A stretch of 64,000 bases of DNA from Saccharofermentans sp. (GTDB taxonomy: Bacteria > Bacillota > Clostridia > Saccharofermentanales > Saccharofermentanaceae): positions 9,546 through 73,545 of the forward strand of contig JAEFBB010000006.1 in the NCBI GenBank assembly GCA_016292215.1. The letters run 5' to 3'. The position numbers and the translations under genes were made by a program. Positions 49,504 through 60,077 of the stretch are shown here, piece after piece (within the stretch, counting starts at the first letter, position 1; each line of letters opens with the position of its first letter). The notes under the pieces were generated by a model. That model had not been told where the DNA came from. It searched no databases and saw nothing but the letters and a program-made list of their open reading frames with translations.

Positions 49504-49872
49504 ATGGCTCGTATAGCCGGCGTAGATTTACCTAACGATAAGAGAATTGAGATTGCTCTTACGTACATTTACGGAATCGGAAGAACTAGTGCAAGCAAGA
49601 TTATTGTCGACACAGGCATTAATCCTGACACACGCGTTAAGGATTTGACAGAAGATGAGGTTGCGAAGATCCGTGACCAGATCGAGAACAATTACAAGGT
49701 TGAAGGTGACCTTAAGAGAGAAGTACAGTCCAACATCAAGAGACTTACTGATATCGGCTGCCTTCGCGGACGTCGCCACAGACTGGGACTCCCTGTAAGA
49801 GGCCAGCGCACAAAGACTAATGCTCGTACCCGTAAGGGCCCTAAGCATACAGTTGCTGGTAAGAAGAAGTAA
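49504..49872 (+). CDS. rpsM: 30S ribosomal protein S13
   Basis: [10 protein letters not shown]...[17 protein letters not shown]. Confidence 0.98.
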   Translation: MARIAGVDLPNDKRIEIALTYIYGIGRTSASKIIVDTGINPDTRVKDLTEDEVAKIRDQIENNYKVEGDLKREVQSNIKRLTDIGCLRGRRHRLGLPVRGQRTKTNARTRKGPKHTVAGKKK

Positions 49873-49888
49873 GGTGAGGTGAGTCAAA

Positions 49889-50278
49889 ATGGCACAGAAG
49901 AAAAGCTTAAGACCCAGAAGAAGTGAGCGTAAGAACGTCGTAGACGGTCAGGCTCATATTCATGCTACATTCAACAATACAATCATTACAATTACCGACA
50001 AGCAGGGAAATACAATTTCCTGGGCTTCTGCAGGTATGGACGCCAAGGGTTCACGTAAGGGCACGAGCTATGCAGCTCAGGTTGCTTCCGAGAAGGCTGC
50101 AAAGGCAGCTTGTGATCACGGCATGAAGACTGTTGATGTTTATGTTAAGGGACCCGGATCCGGACGTGAGTCCGCAGTAAGAGCCCTTGAGACAGCAGGC
50201 CTCAGAGTCACAATGATCAAGGACGTAACACCGGTTCCGCACAACGGATGCCGCCCTCCCAAGCGCAGAAGAGTTTAA
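49889..50278 (+). CDS. rpsK: 30S ribosomal protein S11
   Basis: '[11 protein letters not shown]', '[18 protein letters not shown]'. Confidence 0.98.
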   Translation: MAQKKSLRPRRSERKNVVDGQAHIHATFNNTIITITDKQGNTISWASAGMDAKGSRKGTSYAAQVASEKAAKAACDHGMKTVDVYVKGPGSGRESAVRALETAGLRVTMIKDVTPVPHNGCRPPKRRRV

Positions 50279-50323
50279 TCTTCTGACGGCAGAAAACTTA
50301 GTATAGAAAAGAGGAATATAGCA

Positions 50324-50923
50324 ATGGCTAGAGATATGACACCTGTCCTCAAGAAGTGCAGAGCCCTCGGCATTGAGCCTGCCTACTTGGGAGTAGAGAA
50401 GAAAGAATCCAAAAAGCACGGTGCTTCCAGACCTCGTAAGATGAGCGAGTACGGAATGCAGCTTAAGGAAAAGCAGAAGGCTAAGTTCATTTACGGCGTT
50501 CTTGAGAAGCCCTTCAGAAACTATTTCGAGAAGGCACAGAAGCTCAAGTACGGTACAACCGGTGAGAACCTCATGATCCTTCTTGAGACAAGACTTGATA
50601 ACGTATTATTCAGAATGGGCTTCGCTCGTACAAGAGATGAGGCCAGACAGATCGTAAGCCACAGAGAAGTTAAGGTTAACGGCAAGATCGTTAACATCCC
50701 TTCTTATGCGGTAAAGGTTGGCGATGTTGTTGAGATCAAGGAGAAGGCTAAGGCTTCCCAGAGATTCAAGGACATCATCGAAGTAACAGGTTCCAGAGGC
50801 AAGCCTTCCTGGGTTGAGTCTGACAACGAGAAGCTCAACGGCAAGATCCTTGCTATGCCTTCAAGAGATCAGATCGAAGTACCTGTAAACGAAGTTGCTA
50901 TCGTCGAGTTGTATTCTAAGTAA
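50324..50923 (+). CDS. rpsD: 30S ribosomal protein S4
   Basis: 'SEYGMQLKEKQKAK', 'LETRLDN', 'IVELYSK'. Confidence 0.98.
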   Translation: MARDMTPVLKKCRALGIEPAYLGVEKKESKKHGASRPRKMSEYGMQLKEKQKAKFIYGVLEKPFRNYFEKAQKLKYGTTGENLMILLETRLDNVLFRMGFARTRDEARQIVSHREVKVNGKIVNIPSYAVKVGDVVEIKEKAKASQRFKDIIEVTGSRGKPSWVESDNEKLNGKILAMPSRDQIEVPVNEVAIVELYSK

Positions 50924-50969
50924 TAACATCCGGATCGCAAGATTTTAGAATAATCTAGGAGGAACAAAC

Positions 50970-51920
50970 ATGATGGAAATCAGCCAGCCGACCGTTAAGT
51001 GCGTTGAGACCAACGAGGATAAGTCATACGGCAAATATACCATCGCCCCGCTCGAGCGCGGATTCGGCACAACACTCGGAAATTCTCTCCGCAGAGTGCT
51101 CCTTTCTTCGCTTTCCGGCGCGGCAGTAACATCTATCAAGATCGAGAAGATTAAGCATGAGTTCTCCACTGTTCCGGGTATTATCGAGGATATGACGGAG
51201 ATTATCCTTAATATCAAGGGTATCCGCGCAAAGCTTCACAATGAGTCCAACATCGTCAGCATCAGCGTCGCTAAGGGCAGAACCGGCGAGCTTACAGCAG
51301 GCGACATCGTTCACGGACCTGAAGTAGAGATCATGAATCCCGATCACGTTATCGCACACCTCAACGGCAGCGACGACGTATTTATGGAATTCACTCTCAG
51401 CAAGGGTAGAGGATACAATACAGCAGAGCAGAACAAGCCCGCTAAGCAGGTTATCGGTGTAATCCCGATCGATTCCATCTTCACACCTGTTAAGAAGGCT
51501 AACTACAAGGTTGAGAACACACGTGTAGGCGCAAGAACAGACTATGACAGCCTTACACTCGAGGTTTGGACAGACGGCACAATCGATGTTGACGAGGCTC
51601 TCTCTTCAGCAGCTAACTGCCTCATCGAGCACCTCAAGTTCTTTACAGCTCTTGCTGATACAGACTCAGCACCCAGCTTCAAGAACATCGAAGAGAGCGG
51701 CGAGCATGATTCAAAGCTTTCCGGTGTTATTGAGGATATGGATTTCTCAGTACGTACATACAACTGTCTCAAGAGAGCACAGATCAACACTGTTGGTGAT
51801 CTCGTAGCACGCTCTATGGACGAGATGATCAAGGTAAGAAACCTTGGTAAGAAGTCCCTCGAAGAGATCATCGAGAAGCTTGAAGACATGGGTCTGCACT
51901 TGAGAGAAGCAGAAGATTAA
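50970..51920 (+). CDS. rpoA: RNA polymerase subunit alpha
   Basis: 'PLERGFGTTLGNSLRRVLLSSL', 'SVRTYNCLKRA'. Confidence 0.98.
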   Translation: MMEISQPTVKCVETNEDKSYGKYTIAPLERGFGTTLGNSLRRVLLSSLSGAAVTSIKIEKIKHEFSTVPGIIEDMTEIILNIKGIRAKLHNESNIVSISVAKGRTGELTAGDIVHGPEVEIMNPDHVIAHLNGSDDVFMEFTLSKGRGYNTAEQNKPAKQVIGVIPIDSIFTPVKKANYKVENTRVGARTDYDSLTLEVWTDGTIDVDEALSSAANCLIEHLKFFTALADTDSAPSFKNIEESGEHDSKLSGVIEDMDFSVRTYNCLKRAQINTVGDLVARSMDEMIKVRNLGKKSLEEIIEKLEDMGLHLREAED

Positions 51921-51941
51921 GCTTATTTGGAGGATATATAA

Positions 51942-52463
51942 ATGCCTAACAGAAAATTCGGCCGTGCTTCAGACCAGCGCATCGCTATTCTGAAGAATCA
52001 GGTCACAACATTGGTTATAAACGGTAAGGTAGAGACAACCGTTGCCCGCGCTAAGGAGATCAGCGCAATTGTTGAGAAGCTTGTTGCTTCTGCAGTTAAG
52101 GAGCAGGACAACTTCACAACAAAGGAGATCACAGTATCTGCTGCTAAGCTCGACGGTAAGGGCAAGAAGGTCTTAAAGACAAAGACAGCTAAGAGCGGCG
52201 AAAAGTACGAAGTAGTTGACCGTGAAGTTAAGACAAAGACAGTTCAGGTCGACAATCCTTCACGTCTCGCAGCTAGAAAAGCCATGATCAAGTGGGTAAA
52301 CAAGAGCCACGATGCAGAGGGCAACATCATCAATCCTGTTAACAAGATCTTTGATGACATCGCTCCCAGATATGCAGGCAGAAACGGTGGTTACACAAGA
52401 ATCATCCGTTTGGGCGCAAGACGTGGTGACGGCGCTGAGATGGCTATCCTGGAGTTCGTGTAA
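51942..52463 (+). CDS. rplQ: 50S ribosomal protein L17
   Basis: 'ETTVARAKE', 'RNGGYTRI', 'RRGDGAEMA'. Confidence 0.96.
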   Translation: MPNRKFGRASDQRIAILKNQVTTLVINGKVETTVARAKEISAIVEKLVASAVKEQDNFTTKEITVSAAKLDGKGKKVLKTKTAKSGEKYEVVDREVKTKTVQVDNPSRLAARKAMIKWVNKSHDAEGNIINPVNKIFDDIAPRYAGRNGGYTRIIRLGARRGDGAEMAILEFV

Positions 52464-52578
52464 TATACACAAACCGAGTCATTAAATACAATTGTCAATC
52501 AGTCACGGGGAAAGGTTTACAACTTTCCCCGTTCTTATTAAAATTGTTCTGAAAATCAAGCAAACGGGGTATATATAC

Positions 52579-54384
52579 TTGCCGGAAGACCCGAATAAGA
52601 TAGTCGTAAAAGACGTAAGTTTCTCATACGACATTACAGACGAGAATGACAGCTTAGCGTCAAGACTTGCGCTTGACGGCATTAATGTCAGCATCGCCAG
52701 AGGTTCTTACACGGCTATTCTGGGCAGCAACGGCTCAGGCAAATCCACGCTTGCCAAGATCATAGATATCCTCGAAGTACCCGACAGCGGTAAGGTGGTC
52801 ATTTTCGGCAAGGATGCCGGCAGCGATGATCTTTTCTGGGACATAAGATCTCACTGCTGTGTAGTTTTCCAGAACCCCGACAACCAGATCGTAGGCACTA
52901 TGGTAGAAGAAGATGTTGCCTTCGGCCCGGAAAATCTCGGAGTACCCAATCCCGAATTAAGAGAACGTGTCGACCAGGCACTTAAAGACGTAGGTCTCTA
53001 TGAGTTAAGAAACAGGGAGACTACGGCATTATCAGGCGGCCAGAAGCAGAAGCTCGCCATCGCGGGAGCTCTTGCCATGAAGCCTGACATCCTTATTCTC
53101 GATGAAGCGACGGCGATGCTTGATCCTTCAAGCAGGGATGATTTCCTTGAGCTTGTCGAGAAGATGCGCATGGAGAAGGGCTTAACGCTCATCACCATCA
53201 CCCACGACATGACCGAAGCCTTAAGGTGCGATAAGATCATTGTCATAGACAAGGGCAAGGCCGTTTTGGAAGGCGCTCCCGAAGAGATATTCATGCTGGA
53301 TAATCTCTGGGATTACGGACTTAAAAGACCTGTTAAATTCAATTTCGCTTTTGAGATAGCAAAGCTTACGGGTTCAGAACTTACCAAAGAAGATCTTAAA
53401 AGCGATGAGACGCTTCTTAACGCTATTGAGAAGATGCTGGCAAAGCCCGGTCTCAAAGCCCCGGAAGCTCCTGAAGATAACAATGCCCAAGACGGCGAAA
53501 AAGAGACCGTCATGTCCGTTAAGGACCTGTCATACACTTACGACGGCAGTGACGTTAAGGCGATAGACAACATCAATCTTGATATCAGAAAAGGCGAAGT
53601 GCTCGGACTTGTAGGCGAGAGCGGATGCGGCAAGACCACATTGATCTCACACATGAATGCCATCTTCAGACCTAAAGAAGGTGACGTCATCATCCATACA
53701 AAGGACGGCGACCTTTCCTGCAAGAACAAGAAGGATACGATGAAGATCAGACAGAATGTCGGACTTGTCTTCCAGTATCCGGAGTACCAGCTTTTTGAAG
53801 AGACGGTATTCAAAGACATAGGTTACGGCCTTAAGAAGATGAAGGTCTCCAAAGAAGAGGCTGCTGTGCGCGTTAAGGAAGCAGCATACCTTGTAGGCCT
53901 TACCGATAAAGAACTGAATTCCAGCCCGTTCGAATTATCCGGCGGTCAGAAGAGGCGTGTCGCAATGGCAGGCGTCCTTGTCATGAAGCCCGGAATACTT
54001 GTTCTTGACGAGCCCGCGAGCGGCCTTGACCCCAAGGGCAGGCAGGAGATGTTCAAGATAATAAGAAATCTCCGCGACAACGGCACCACTGTCGTACTCG
54101 TGTCACACAACATGGATGAGGCGGCAAAAAACTGCGACAGGATCTGCGTCATCGACGGCGGTAAGATCAAGGCTGTCGGTACGCCTGAAGAACTTTTCGA
54201 GAACAACAGGGCTTATGAGCTCGGCATACAGATACCGAGGATCACCAGATTTTCGGGGCTTATAAGATCGCGCCTTGAGAAAAAAATCCCCGGAATTAAG
54301 TTTGACAGCGTCAACTTCAATCCCGAGAAGGAAGCTGCCGCAATAGTAAGGGCAGTATGCGGAATGGGAGGTGCCGATGCTTAA
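52579..54384 (+). CDS. ECF transporter ATPase with two fused ABC domains (EcfA1-EcfA2)
   Basis: Two Walker A motifs (GSNGSGKST; GESGCGKTT), 'VFQNPDNQIVG', 'VFQYPEYQLF'; probable TTG start at 52579. Confidence 0.88.
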   Translation: MPEDPNKIVVKDVSFSYDITDENDSLASRLALDGINVSIARGSYTAILGSNGSGKSTLAKIIDILEVPDSGKVVIFGKDAGSDDLFWDIRSHCCVVFQNPDNQIVGTMVEEDVAFGPENLGVPNPELRERVDQALKDVGLYELRNRETTALSGGQKQKLAIAGALAMKPDILILDEATAMLDPSSRDDFLELVEKMRMEKGLTLITITHDMTEALRCDKIIVIDKGKAVLEGAPEEIFMLDNLWDYGLKRPVKFNFAFEIAKLTGSELTKEDLKSDETLLNAIEKMLAKPGLKAPEAPEDNNAQDGEKETVMSVKDLSYTYDGSDVKAIDNINLDIRKGEVLGLVGESGCGKTTLISHMNAIFRPKEGDVIIHTKDGDLSCKNKKDTMKIRQNVGLVFQYPEYQLFEETVFKDIGYGLKKMKVSKEEAAVRVKEAAYLVGLTDKELNSSPFELSGGQKRRVAMAGVLVMKPGILVLDEPASGLDPKGRQEMFKIIRNLRDNGTTVVLVSHNMDEAAKNCDRICVIDGGKIKAVGTPEELFENNRAYELGIQIPRITRFSGLIRSRLEKKIPGIKFDSVNFNPEKEAAAIVRAVCGMGGADA

Positions 54385-55186
54385 TAACATCAGTCTCGGC
54401 AGATACTATCCTGCCCATTCTTTCCTCCATGAGACAGATCCGAGAGTAAAGACTATCCTTTACTTCATCTATCTTGTCGCGATATTCATGGTCAAAGAGC
54501 CCATAACGATCGGAGTGCTGACGGGAGTCATTATCCTTCAGCTTGCCCTGGGCAAGATCACGCCGGGCATTTTGTGGAAGACTATAAAGCCGATCATTCC
54601 GCTCGCTCTGTTCATATTCATCATCAATATTCTTACAATCAAAGACGGAGAGGTATTGTTCTCCTGGAAATTCATAACGATCACGGGTTACGGCTTGCAG
54701 CGCGCTTCGATAATGGCGGTAAGACTGATCCTGCTCATCATCTCCACGAGCATACTTCTTACTCTGACCACGACGCCTCTTAAGATGAGCGACGCTTTGG
54801 AAGGCATCTTTAAGCCGCTGCAGATCATTAAGATCCCTGTGCACGAGATGGCCATGATGATGTCGATCGCACTGAGATTTATTCCCACGCTTGCATCTGA
54901 GACTGATAAGATCATGAAGGCCCAGCAGTCGAGAGGCGCTGACTACGATACGGGAAGCTTTATCAACAAGGTAAAAGGCTATATCACCGTGCTTATCCCG
55001 CTGTTCGTATCGAGCTTCAGGCGCGCGGATGAACTGGCCGTTGCCATGGATGCCAGATGCTATCACGGCGGCAAGGGCAGGACCAAGCTCAATCCTCTGA
55101 AGCTTACTCTAAGAGACGTGCTCGCAGGCATCATGTTTACGCTCCTTGCGGTGCTCGTGGTGATCATTGATTTGTCTTTGAGATAA
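54377..55186 (+). CDS. ecfT: ECF transporter transmembrane component
   Basis: 'DPRVK', 'IALRFIPTL', 'AQQSRG', 'AMDARCY'. Confidence 0.92.
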   Translation: MLNNISLGRYYPAHSFLHETDPRVKTILYFIYLVAIFMVKEPITIGVLTGVIILQLALGKITPGILWKTIKPIIPLALFIFIINILTIKDGEVLFSWKFITITGYGLQRASIMAVRLILLIISTSILLTLTTTPLKMSDALEGIFKPLQIIKIPVHEMAMMMSIALRFIPTLASETDKIMKAQQSRGADYDTGSFINKVKGYITVLIPLFVSSFRRADELAVAMDARCYHGGKGRTKLNPLKLTLRDVLAGIMFTLLAVLVVIIDLSLR

Positions 55187-55250
55187 AAGTTGCGCTGTGT
55201 TAGAATTCTAGTTGCTGATAAAAGCTATAAGCGAAAGGTTGGGTTTGCGA

Positions 55251-56228
55251 ATGGGTTATTATTGCGGTATCGACTTGGGCGGCACTAATATCAAGGCCGG
55301 CATTGTCGATGGAGAAGGAAAGCTTCTTAACAAGTTGTCTATCAAGACAAGAGCTGAGAGATCTATGGAAGAGATCATCCACGACATGGGACAGCTTGCT
55401 GTTGATGCCATCAAGGATGCAGGTCTCGAGGTTAAGGATGCCTTGTGCATCGGCATCGGTTCTCCCGGAACTCCCGATAATGACGAAGGACTCCTCGTTT
55501 ATTCGAGCAACCTTCCTTTCAACAAAGCTCCAATGAGAAAGCTCATCAGGGAAGTCGTAGACCTCCCCGTATATATCGATAACGACGCAAACTGCGCTGC
55601 AATGGCAGAGGCAGTTGCAGGCGCTGCAAAGGGCGCTAAGGATTCCGTTACCATCACGTTAGGTACGGGCGTAGGCGCAGGCGTCATCGTTAACGGAAGG
55701 ATCTTCTCAGGATTCAACCAGGCAGGCTCCGAGTTCGGCCACACCGTTCTCGTATCAGGCGGCGTCCAGTGCGGATGCGGAAGAAAGGGCTGCTTTGAGC
55801 AGTATGCTTCTGCCACGGCTCTCGCAAGAATGACAAGAGAAGCTGCTGAAGCAAATCCTGATTCACTCCTCAACAAGGTCAAGGAAGATTTCGGCGAGTG
55901 GAATGCCCAGATCGCATTCGTCGCCATGAAGCAGGGCGACAAGGTCGCAGCTCAGGTAGTAGACAGCTACACCGATTACCTTGCTGACGGTCTCGCAAAT
56001 GCCATCAACGCATTCATGCCCGAGATCCTCGTAGTAGGCGGCGGTGTCTGCAACGAAGGCGATCCGCTCCTTATCCCCATGCGCGAAAAGACCATGTCGC
56101 GCCCTTACTTCGGCCCCGGAGTCGCTAAGACCCGTATCGAGCTTGCCCAGATGGGCAACGATGCAGGTATCGTAGGAGCTGCCATGATGGGTAAGTCCTG
56201 CGTTGACGACGGCAAGAACGGCAAGTAA
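55251..56228 (+). CDS. ROK family sugar kinase (glucokinase-like)
   Basis: 'GIDLGGT', 'NDANCAA', 'TLGTGVG', 'EFGH', 'CGCGRKGCFEQYAS'. Confidence 0.9.
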   Translation: MGYYCGIDLGGTNIKAGIVDGEGKLLNKLSIKTRAERSMEEIIHDMGQLAVDAIKDAGLEVKDALCIGIGSPGTPDNDEGLLVYSSNLPFNKAPMRKLIREVVDLPVYIDNDANCAAMAEAVAGAAKGAKDSVTITLGTGVGAGVIVNGRIFSGFNQAGSEFGHTVLVSGGVQCGCGRKGCFEQYASATALARMTREAAEANPDSLLNKVKEDFGEWNAQIAFVAMKQGDKVAAQVVDSYTDYLADGLANAINAFMPEILVVGGGVCNEGDPLLIPMREKTMSRPYFGPGVAKTRIELAQMGNDAGIVGAAMMGKSCVDDGKNGK

Positions 56229-56235
56229 TCAAGCC

Positions 56236-56979
56236 ATGCCCAGAATAGCCTTCATCACCGAGTTTGACGGCACTGATTTTGCAGGATTCCAGTCACAGGA
56301 AAACGCAAGGGCGGTTCAGGATGTCCTCGAGAAGGCTTTAGAAGAACTTTACAAGACAAAGATCAGACTTACGGGGTGCTCCCGCACTGACGCAGGTGTA
56401 CATGCAAGATGTCACTTAAGTCACGCGGACGTCCCGTTTGTTATTCCCGAAGATAAATTCCCGCTGGCAATGAACGCTCTTTTGCCTGACGATGTCGCCG
56501 TAAAGAAGTCGTTTTATGTGAACGATGATTTTTCCGCGCGCTTTGACATCAAGGGCAAGCGCTACATCTACCGCATCTATTCATCTCCCACGAGGAGCCC
56601 TTTGCTGGACCGCAATGCGTACTATTGTCCCGTTATTCCCGACATCGAGAAGATGAAGCTTGCAGCAGAAGCCTTCGCGGGCGAGCATGACTTTGCGGCT
56701 TTCTGCGCAACGGGCGGATCACAGAAGACTACGGTCAGAAGGCTATTCGGAGTAAAGGTTTTCGCGACAGGCGATGACCCGTGTCAGATAGAGATCGAAG
56801 TATCAGGCGAGGCATTCCTCTATAACATGGTCAGGATCATAGCGGGAACTCTTCTTTATGTTGGCCAGGGCAAGATCGAACCTGAAGCGGTCAAGGATAT
56901 AATCGCAAACTGTGACAGAAGCCTTGCGGGCAAGACACTGCCTGCCAAGGGACTGACGCTTGAAGAAGTGTTTATCTGA
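56236..56979 (+). CDS. truA: tRNA pseudouridine(38-40) synthase
   Basis: 'FDGTDFAGFQ', 'SRTDAGVHA', 'FLYNMVRII'. Confidence 0.95.
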   Translation: MPRIAFITEFDGTDFAGFQSQENARAVQDVLEKALEELYKTKIRLTGCSRTDAGVHARCHLSHADVPFVIPEDKFPLAMNALLPDDVAVKKSFYVNDDFSARFDIKGKRYIYRIYSSPTRSPLLDRNAYYCPVIPDIEKMKLAAEAFAGEHDFAAFCATGGSQKTTVRRLFGVKVFATGDDPCQIEIEVSGEAFLYNMVRIIAGTLLYVGQGKIEPEAVKDIIANCDRSLAGKTLPAKGLTLEEVFI

Positions 56980-56988
56980 TGTTCCGGT

Positions 56989-57088
56989 AAGGAAGTCATC
57001 CTAAAGACCGGAAATGCTGCTTTCAGGATGAATTTTCCTTTAAAAATCATCCCGGTGGCCGCGAAAACGGACGTTCAGGATGAATTCT
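56989..57088. repeat. Two tandem palindromic units TCATCC-N24/25-GGATGA
   Basis: TTCAGGATGAATT at 57022 and 57074; TCATCC at 56996 and 57047. Confidence 0.6.
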
Positions 57089-57190
57089 TAACCATTTTCA
57101 TTATATTAATAAAATACTCCTGAGGTGATATAATTATTCAAATGCGGGCCGGAATACCCGCATTAATTAAAAATAGGGAGGATTAAGTAT

Positions 57191-57634
57191 ATGCCTGACA
57201 TCAGTATGTGGATAGTATGGCTTGTAATAGCTGTTATTATGCTGGTCATCGAAGCTGCGACGACAGGCCTTGCTACGCTTTGGTTCGCGATAGGTGCTAT
57301 CGTTGCCATGATCATGGACCTTTGCGGGGCTTCTCTTGCTTCGCAGATCATAGTGATGGCTGCCGTGTCCGCGGTCTGCTTCGTTCTTTGCATGATCTGG
57401 GTCAAGCCGAAGCTCGAAACGCTTCGCAAGAAGAACATCCAGAGGACCAATGCGGACAGATTGATCGGAAGAGAAGGGATAGTGATCGTACCTCTGAATA
57501 AGGACGAGGGCAAAGGCCAGGTCAAGGTCGACGGACAGATCTGGAGCGCTAAGGCCGATACGGATATCTCAGAAGGTATCAAGGTCACGATCAAAGCAAT
57601 TGAAGGTGTTAAGCTCGTAGTCGAGATAGCATAA
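57191..57634 (+). CDS. NfeD family protein (short form)
   Basis: TM helices plus OB-fold 'GQVKVDGQIWSA'; adjacent to SPFH gene. Confidence 0.88.
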   Translation: MPDISMWIVWLVIAVIMLVIEAATTGLATLWFAIGAIVAMIMDLCGASLASQIIVMAAVSAVCFVLCMIWVKPKLETLRKKNIQRTNADRLIGREGIVIVPLNKDEGKGQVKVDGQIWSAKADTDISEGIKVTIKAIEGVKLVVEIA

Positions 57635-57652
57635 CCAGGGGAGGAAAGAATT

Positions 57653-58570
57653 ATGTCAATTACATTAGCAGGTGTATCAACAGGTACAGTTATCGGAATC
57701 GCGATCGCAGTAATCGTACTGCTTGTACTCATCGTTCCGAACATCAAGATCGTTCCGCAGGCAGCAACGTTCATCATCGAGCGTCTCGGAACATACAGAA
57801 CAACATGGGAGACAGGCTTCCATATGAAGGTGCCTTTCATTGACCGTGTCGCAAAGAAGATCTCACTCAAGGAGAAGGTAGCAGACTTTGCTCCCCAGGC
57901 CGTTATCACAAAGGATAACGTTACGATGCAGATCGATACGGTCCTTTTCTATCAGATCGTAGATCCTAAGCTCTACACATACGGTATCGAGCGTCCTATC
58001 GTAGCTATCGAGAATCTCTCCGCTACGACACTCCGTAACATCATCGGTGACCTGGAGCTCGACCAGACACTCACATCAAGAGACATCATCAACACAAGGA
58101 TGAGAGAGATCCTTGACGAGGCTACAGATCCCTGGGGCATCAAGGTAAACCGCGTTGAGCTCAAGAACATCATCCCGCCTAAGGAGATCCAGGCTGCGAT
58201 GGAGAAGCAGATGAAGGCTGAGCGTGAGAAGAGAGAAAAGATCCTCATCGCAGAAGGTCAGAAGGAATCTGCTATCAGAGTCGCAGAAGGTGAGAAGGAA
58301 GCCGCTATCCTCAGAGCTGAGGCTAAGAAGGAAGCAGCTATCAAAGAAGCAGAAGGTCAGGCTCAGGCTATCCTCGCAGTACAGGAAGCTACGGCTAAGG
58401 GTCTTCAGATGATCAAGGACGTAGGCGCTGATGACGGACTTATCGCCATCAAGGGTCTTGAGACTCTCGCAAAGGTAGGCGAGGGCGCTTCCACAAAGAT
58501 CATCATCCCTTCAGATCTGCAGGGTATCGCAGGTCTCACAACGACGATCAAAGAGATCGCAAAATCGTAA
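57653..58570 (+). CDS. SPFH/stomatin-like (band 7) protein
   Basis: 'IERLG', 'ITKDNV', 'WGIKVNRVE', 'MEKQMKAERE'. Confidence 0.92.
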   Translation: MSITLAGVSTGTVIGIAIAVIVLLVLIVPNIKIVPQAATFIIERLGTYRTTWETGFHMKVPFIDRVAKKISLKEKVADFAPQAVITKDNVTMQIDTVLFYQIVDPKLYTYGIERPIVAIENLSATTLRNIIGDLELDQTLTSRDIINTRMREILDEATDPWGIKVNRVELKNIIPPKEIQAAMEKQMKAEREKREKILIAEGQKESAIRVAEGEKEAAILRAEAKKEAAIKEAEGQAQAILAVQEATAKGLQMIKDVGADDGLIAIKGLETLAKVGEGASTKIIIPSDLQGIAGLTTTIKEIAKS

Positions 58571-58601
58571 AATAGACTAAGGTCTTTAGGAGGAATATGT
58601 A

Positions 58602-60065
58602 ATGGATTACGGTATGTGGAATGACAGAACCAACATGAGCATGCTCACAGACTTCTATGAGCTCACCATGGCAAACGGTTATCTGAACAGCGGAAACAGG
58701 GACAAGGTCGTTTATTTCGACATGTTCTTCAGAAACATTCCTGAGAACGGCGGATATGCCGTCATGGCAGGTCTCGAGCAGGTAATAGACTACCTCTCAA
58801 GCCTTAAGTTCTCAGAAGATGACCTCGCTTTCCTCAAGGATAACTATCACTTCAACGACGAGTTCATCAGTTACTTAAGAGGTTTTGAATTCACTTGTGA
58901 TGTCTGGGCTATCCCGGAAGGAACTGTCGTATTCCCCAAGGAACCTCTCGTTAAGGTAAGAGGACCCATCATCCAGGCCCAGCTCCTTGAGACCGCGCTT
59001 CTTTGCACGATCAACCACCAGACGCTTATCGCTACAAAGACCGCAAGGATCGTAAGGGCTGCCGAGGGCAGACCTGTCATGGAGTTCGGTGCGCGCCGCG
59101 CGCAGGGCTTCGACGCTTCCGTTCTTGGAGCAAGAGCTGCTTACATTGCAGGCGCTGCAGGCACTTCCTGCACTATCTGCGGACAGCAGTTTAATATCCC
59201 GCTCTCCGGCACAATGGCTCACTCCTGGGTAATGCTTTTCGACAACGAGTTCGAAGCATTCAAGGCATACTCACTCGCATATCCTGACGGAGCACTTTTG
59301 CTCGTTGATACATACGACGTTCTCCGCTCGGGTATTCCGAATGCGATCAAGTGTGCCAAGGAAGTCTTGGAGCCCATGGGCAAGAGACTCAAGGGTATCA
59401 GGATCGACTCCGGCGACCTTACTTACATGACTCAGAGCGCACGTAAGATGCTCGATGAAGCAGGCCTTACGGACTGCAAGATCACAGTATCCAACGCGCT
59501 TGACGAATATCTCATCAGAGATCTTATCAGCCAGGGCGCATGCATCGATTCTTTCGGTGTAGGCGAGAGACTTATCACATCCAAGGCTGAGCCCGTTTTC
59601 GGAGGCGTTTACAAGATCGCAGCCGTTGAAGCAGACGACGGTACGATCATTCCTAAGATGAAGATCTCCGATTCCATCGGCAAGGTAACAAATCCCTGCA
59701 GCAAGAAGATCGTAAGATTCTACGACAACGCTACGGGCAAGGCTCTGGCAGACGTCGTTATGGTCGCTGATGAGGAGATCCCGAACGGCGAGCCTTATGA
59801 GATCTTCGATCCTGACAACACATGGAAGTCCAAGGTGCTCGAAAACTATACGGCAAGAGAGATCATGGTCCAGATCTTCAAGGGCGGCAAGCTCGTTTAC
59901 GACAAGCCTGCCATCGGCGAGATCAGAGCTTACTGCACAAAGGAACTCGATTCACTCTGGGATTCCGTCAAGAGATTCGAGAATCCTCACAACTACTATG
60001 TCGACCTGTCACCTAAGCTCTGGAAGATCAAGGACGACATCTTGAGATCTTACAGAAAAAGATAA
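58602..60065 (+). CDS. pncB: Nicotinate phosphoribosyltransferase
   Basis: 'LTDFYELTM', 'EFGARRA', 'GTMAHS', 'RIDSGDL'. Confidence 0.94.
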   Translation: MDYGMWNDRTNMSMLTDFYELTMANGYLNSGNRDKVVYFDMFFRNIPENGGYAVMAGLEQVIDYLSSLKFSEDDLAFLKDNYHFNDEFISYLRGFEFTCDVWAIPEGTVVFPKEPLVKVRGPIIQAQLLETALLCTINHQTLIATKTARIVRAAEGRPVMEFGARRAQGFDASVLGARAAYIAGAAGTSCTICGQQFNIPLSGTMAHSWVMLFDNEFEAFKAYSLAYPDGALLLVDTYDVLRSGIPNAIKCAKEVLEPMGKRLKGIRIDSGDLTYMTQSARKMLDEAGLTDCKITVSNALDEYLIRDLISQGACIDSFGVGERLITSKAEPVFGGVYKIAAVEADDGTIIPKMKISDSIGKVTNPCSKKIVRFYDNATGKALADVVMVADEEIPNGEPYEIFDPDNTWKSKVLENYTAREIMVQIFKGGKLVYDKPAIGEIRAYCTKELDSLWDSVKRFENPHNYYVDLSPKLWKIKDDILRSYRKR

Positions 60066-60077
60066 GGAGAAATAGAA

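Noticed and set aside
56989-57088. Possible mini-CRISPR array
   Set aside because: Only two short (13-bp) repeats, no cas genes or leader; kept as a palindromic repeat instead
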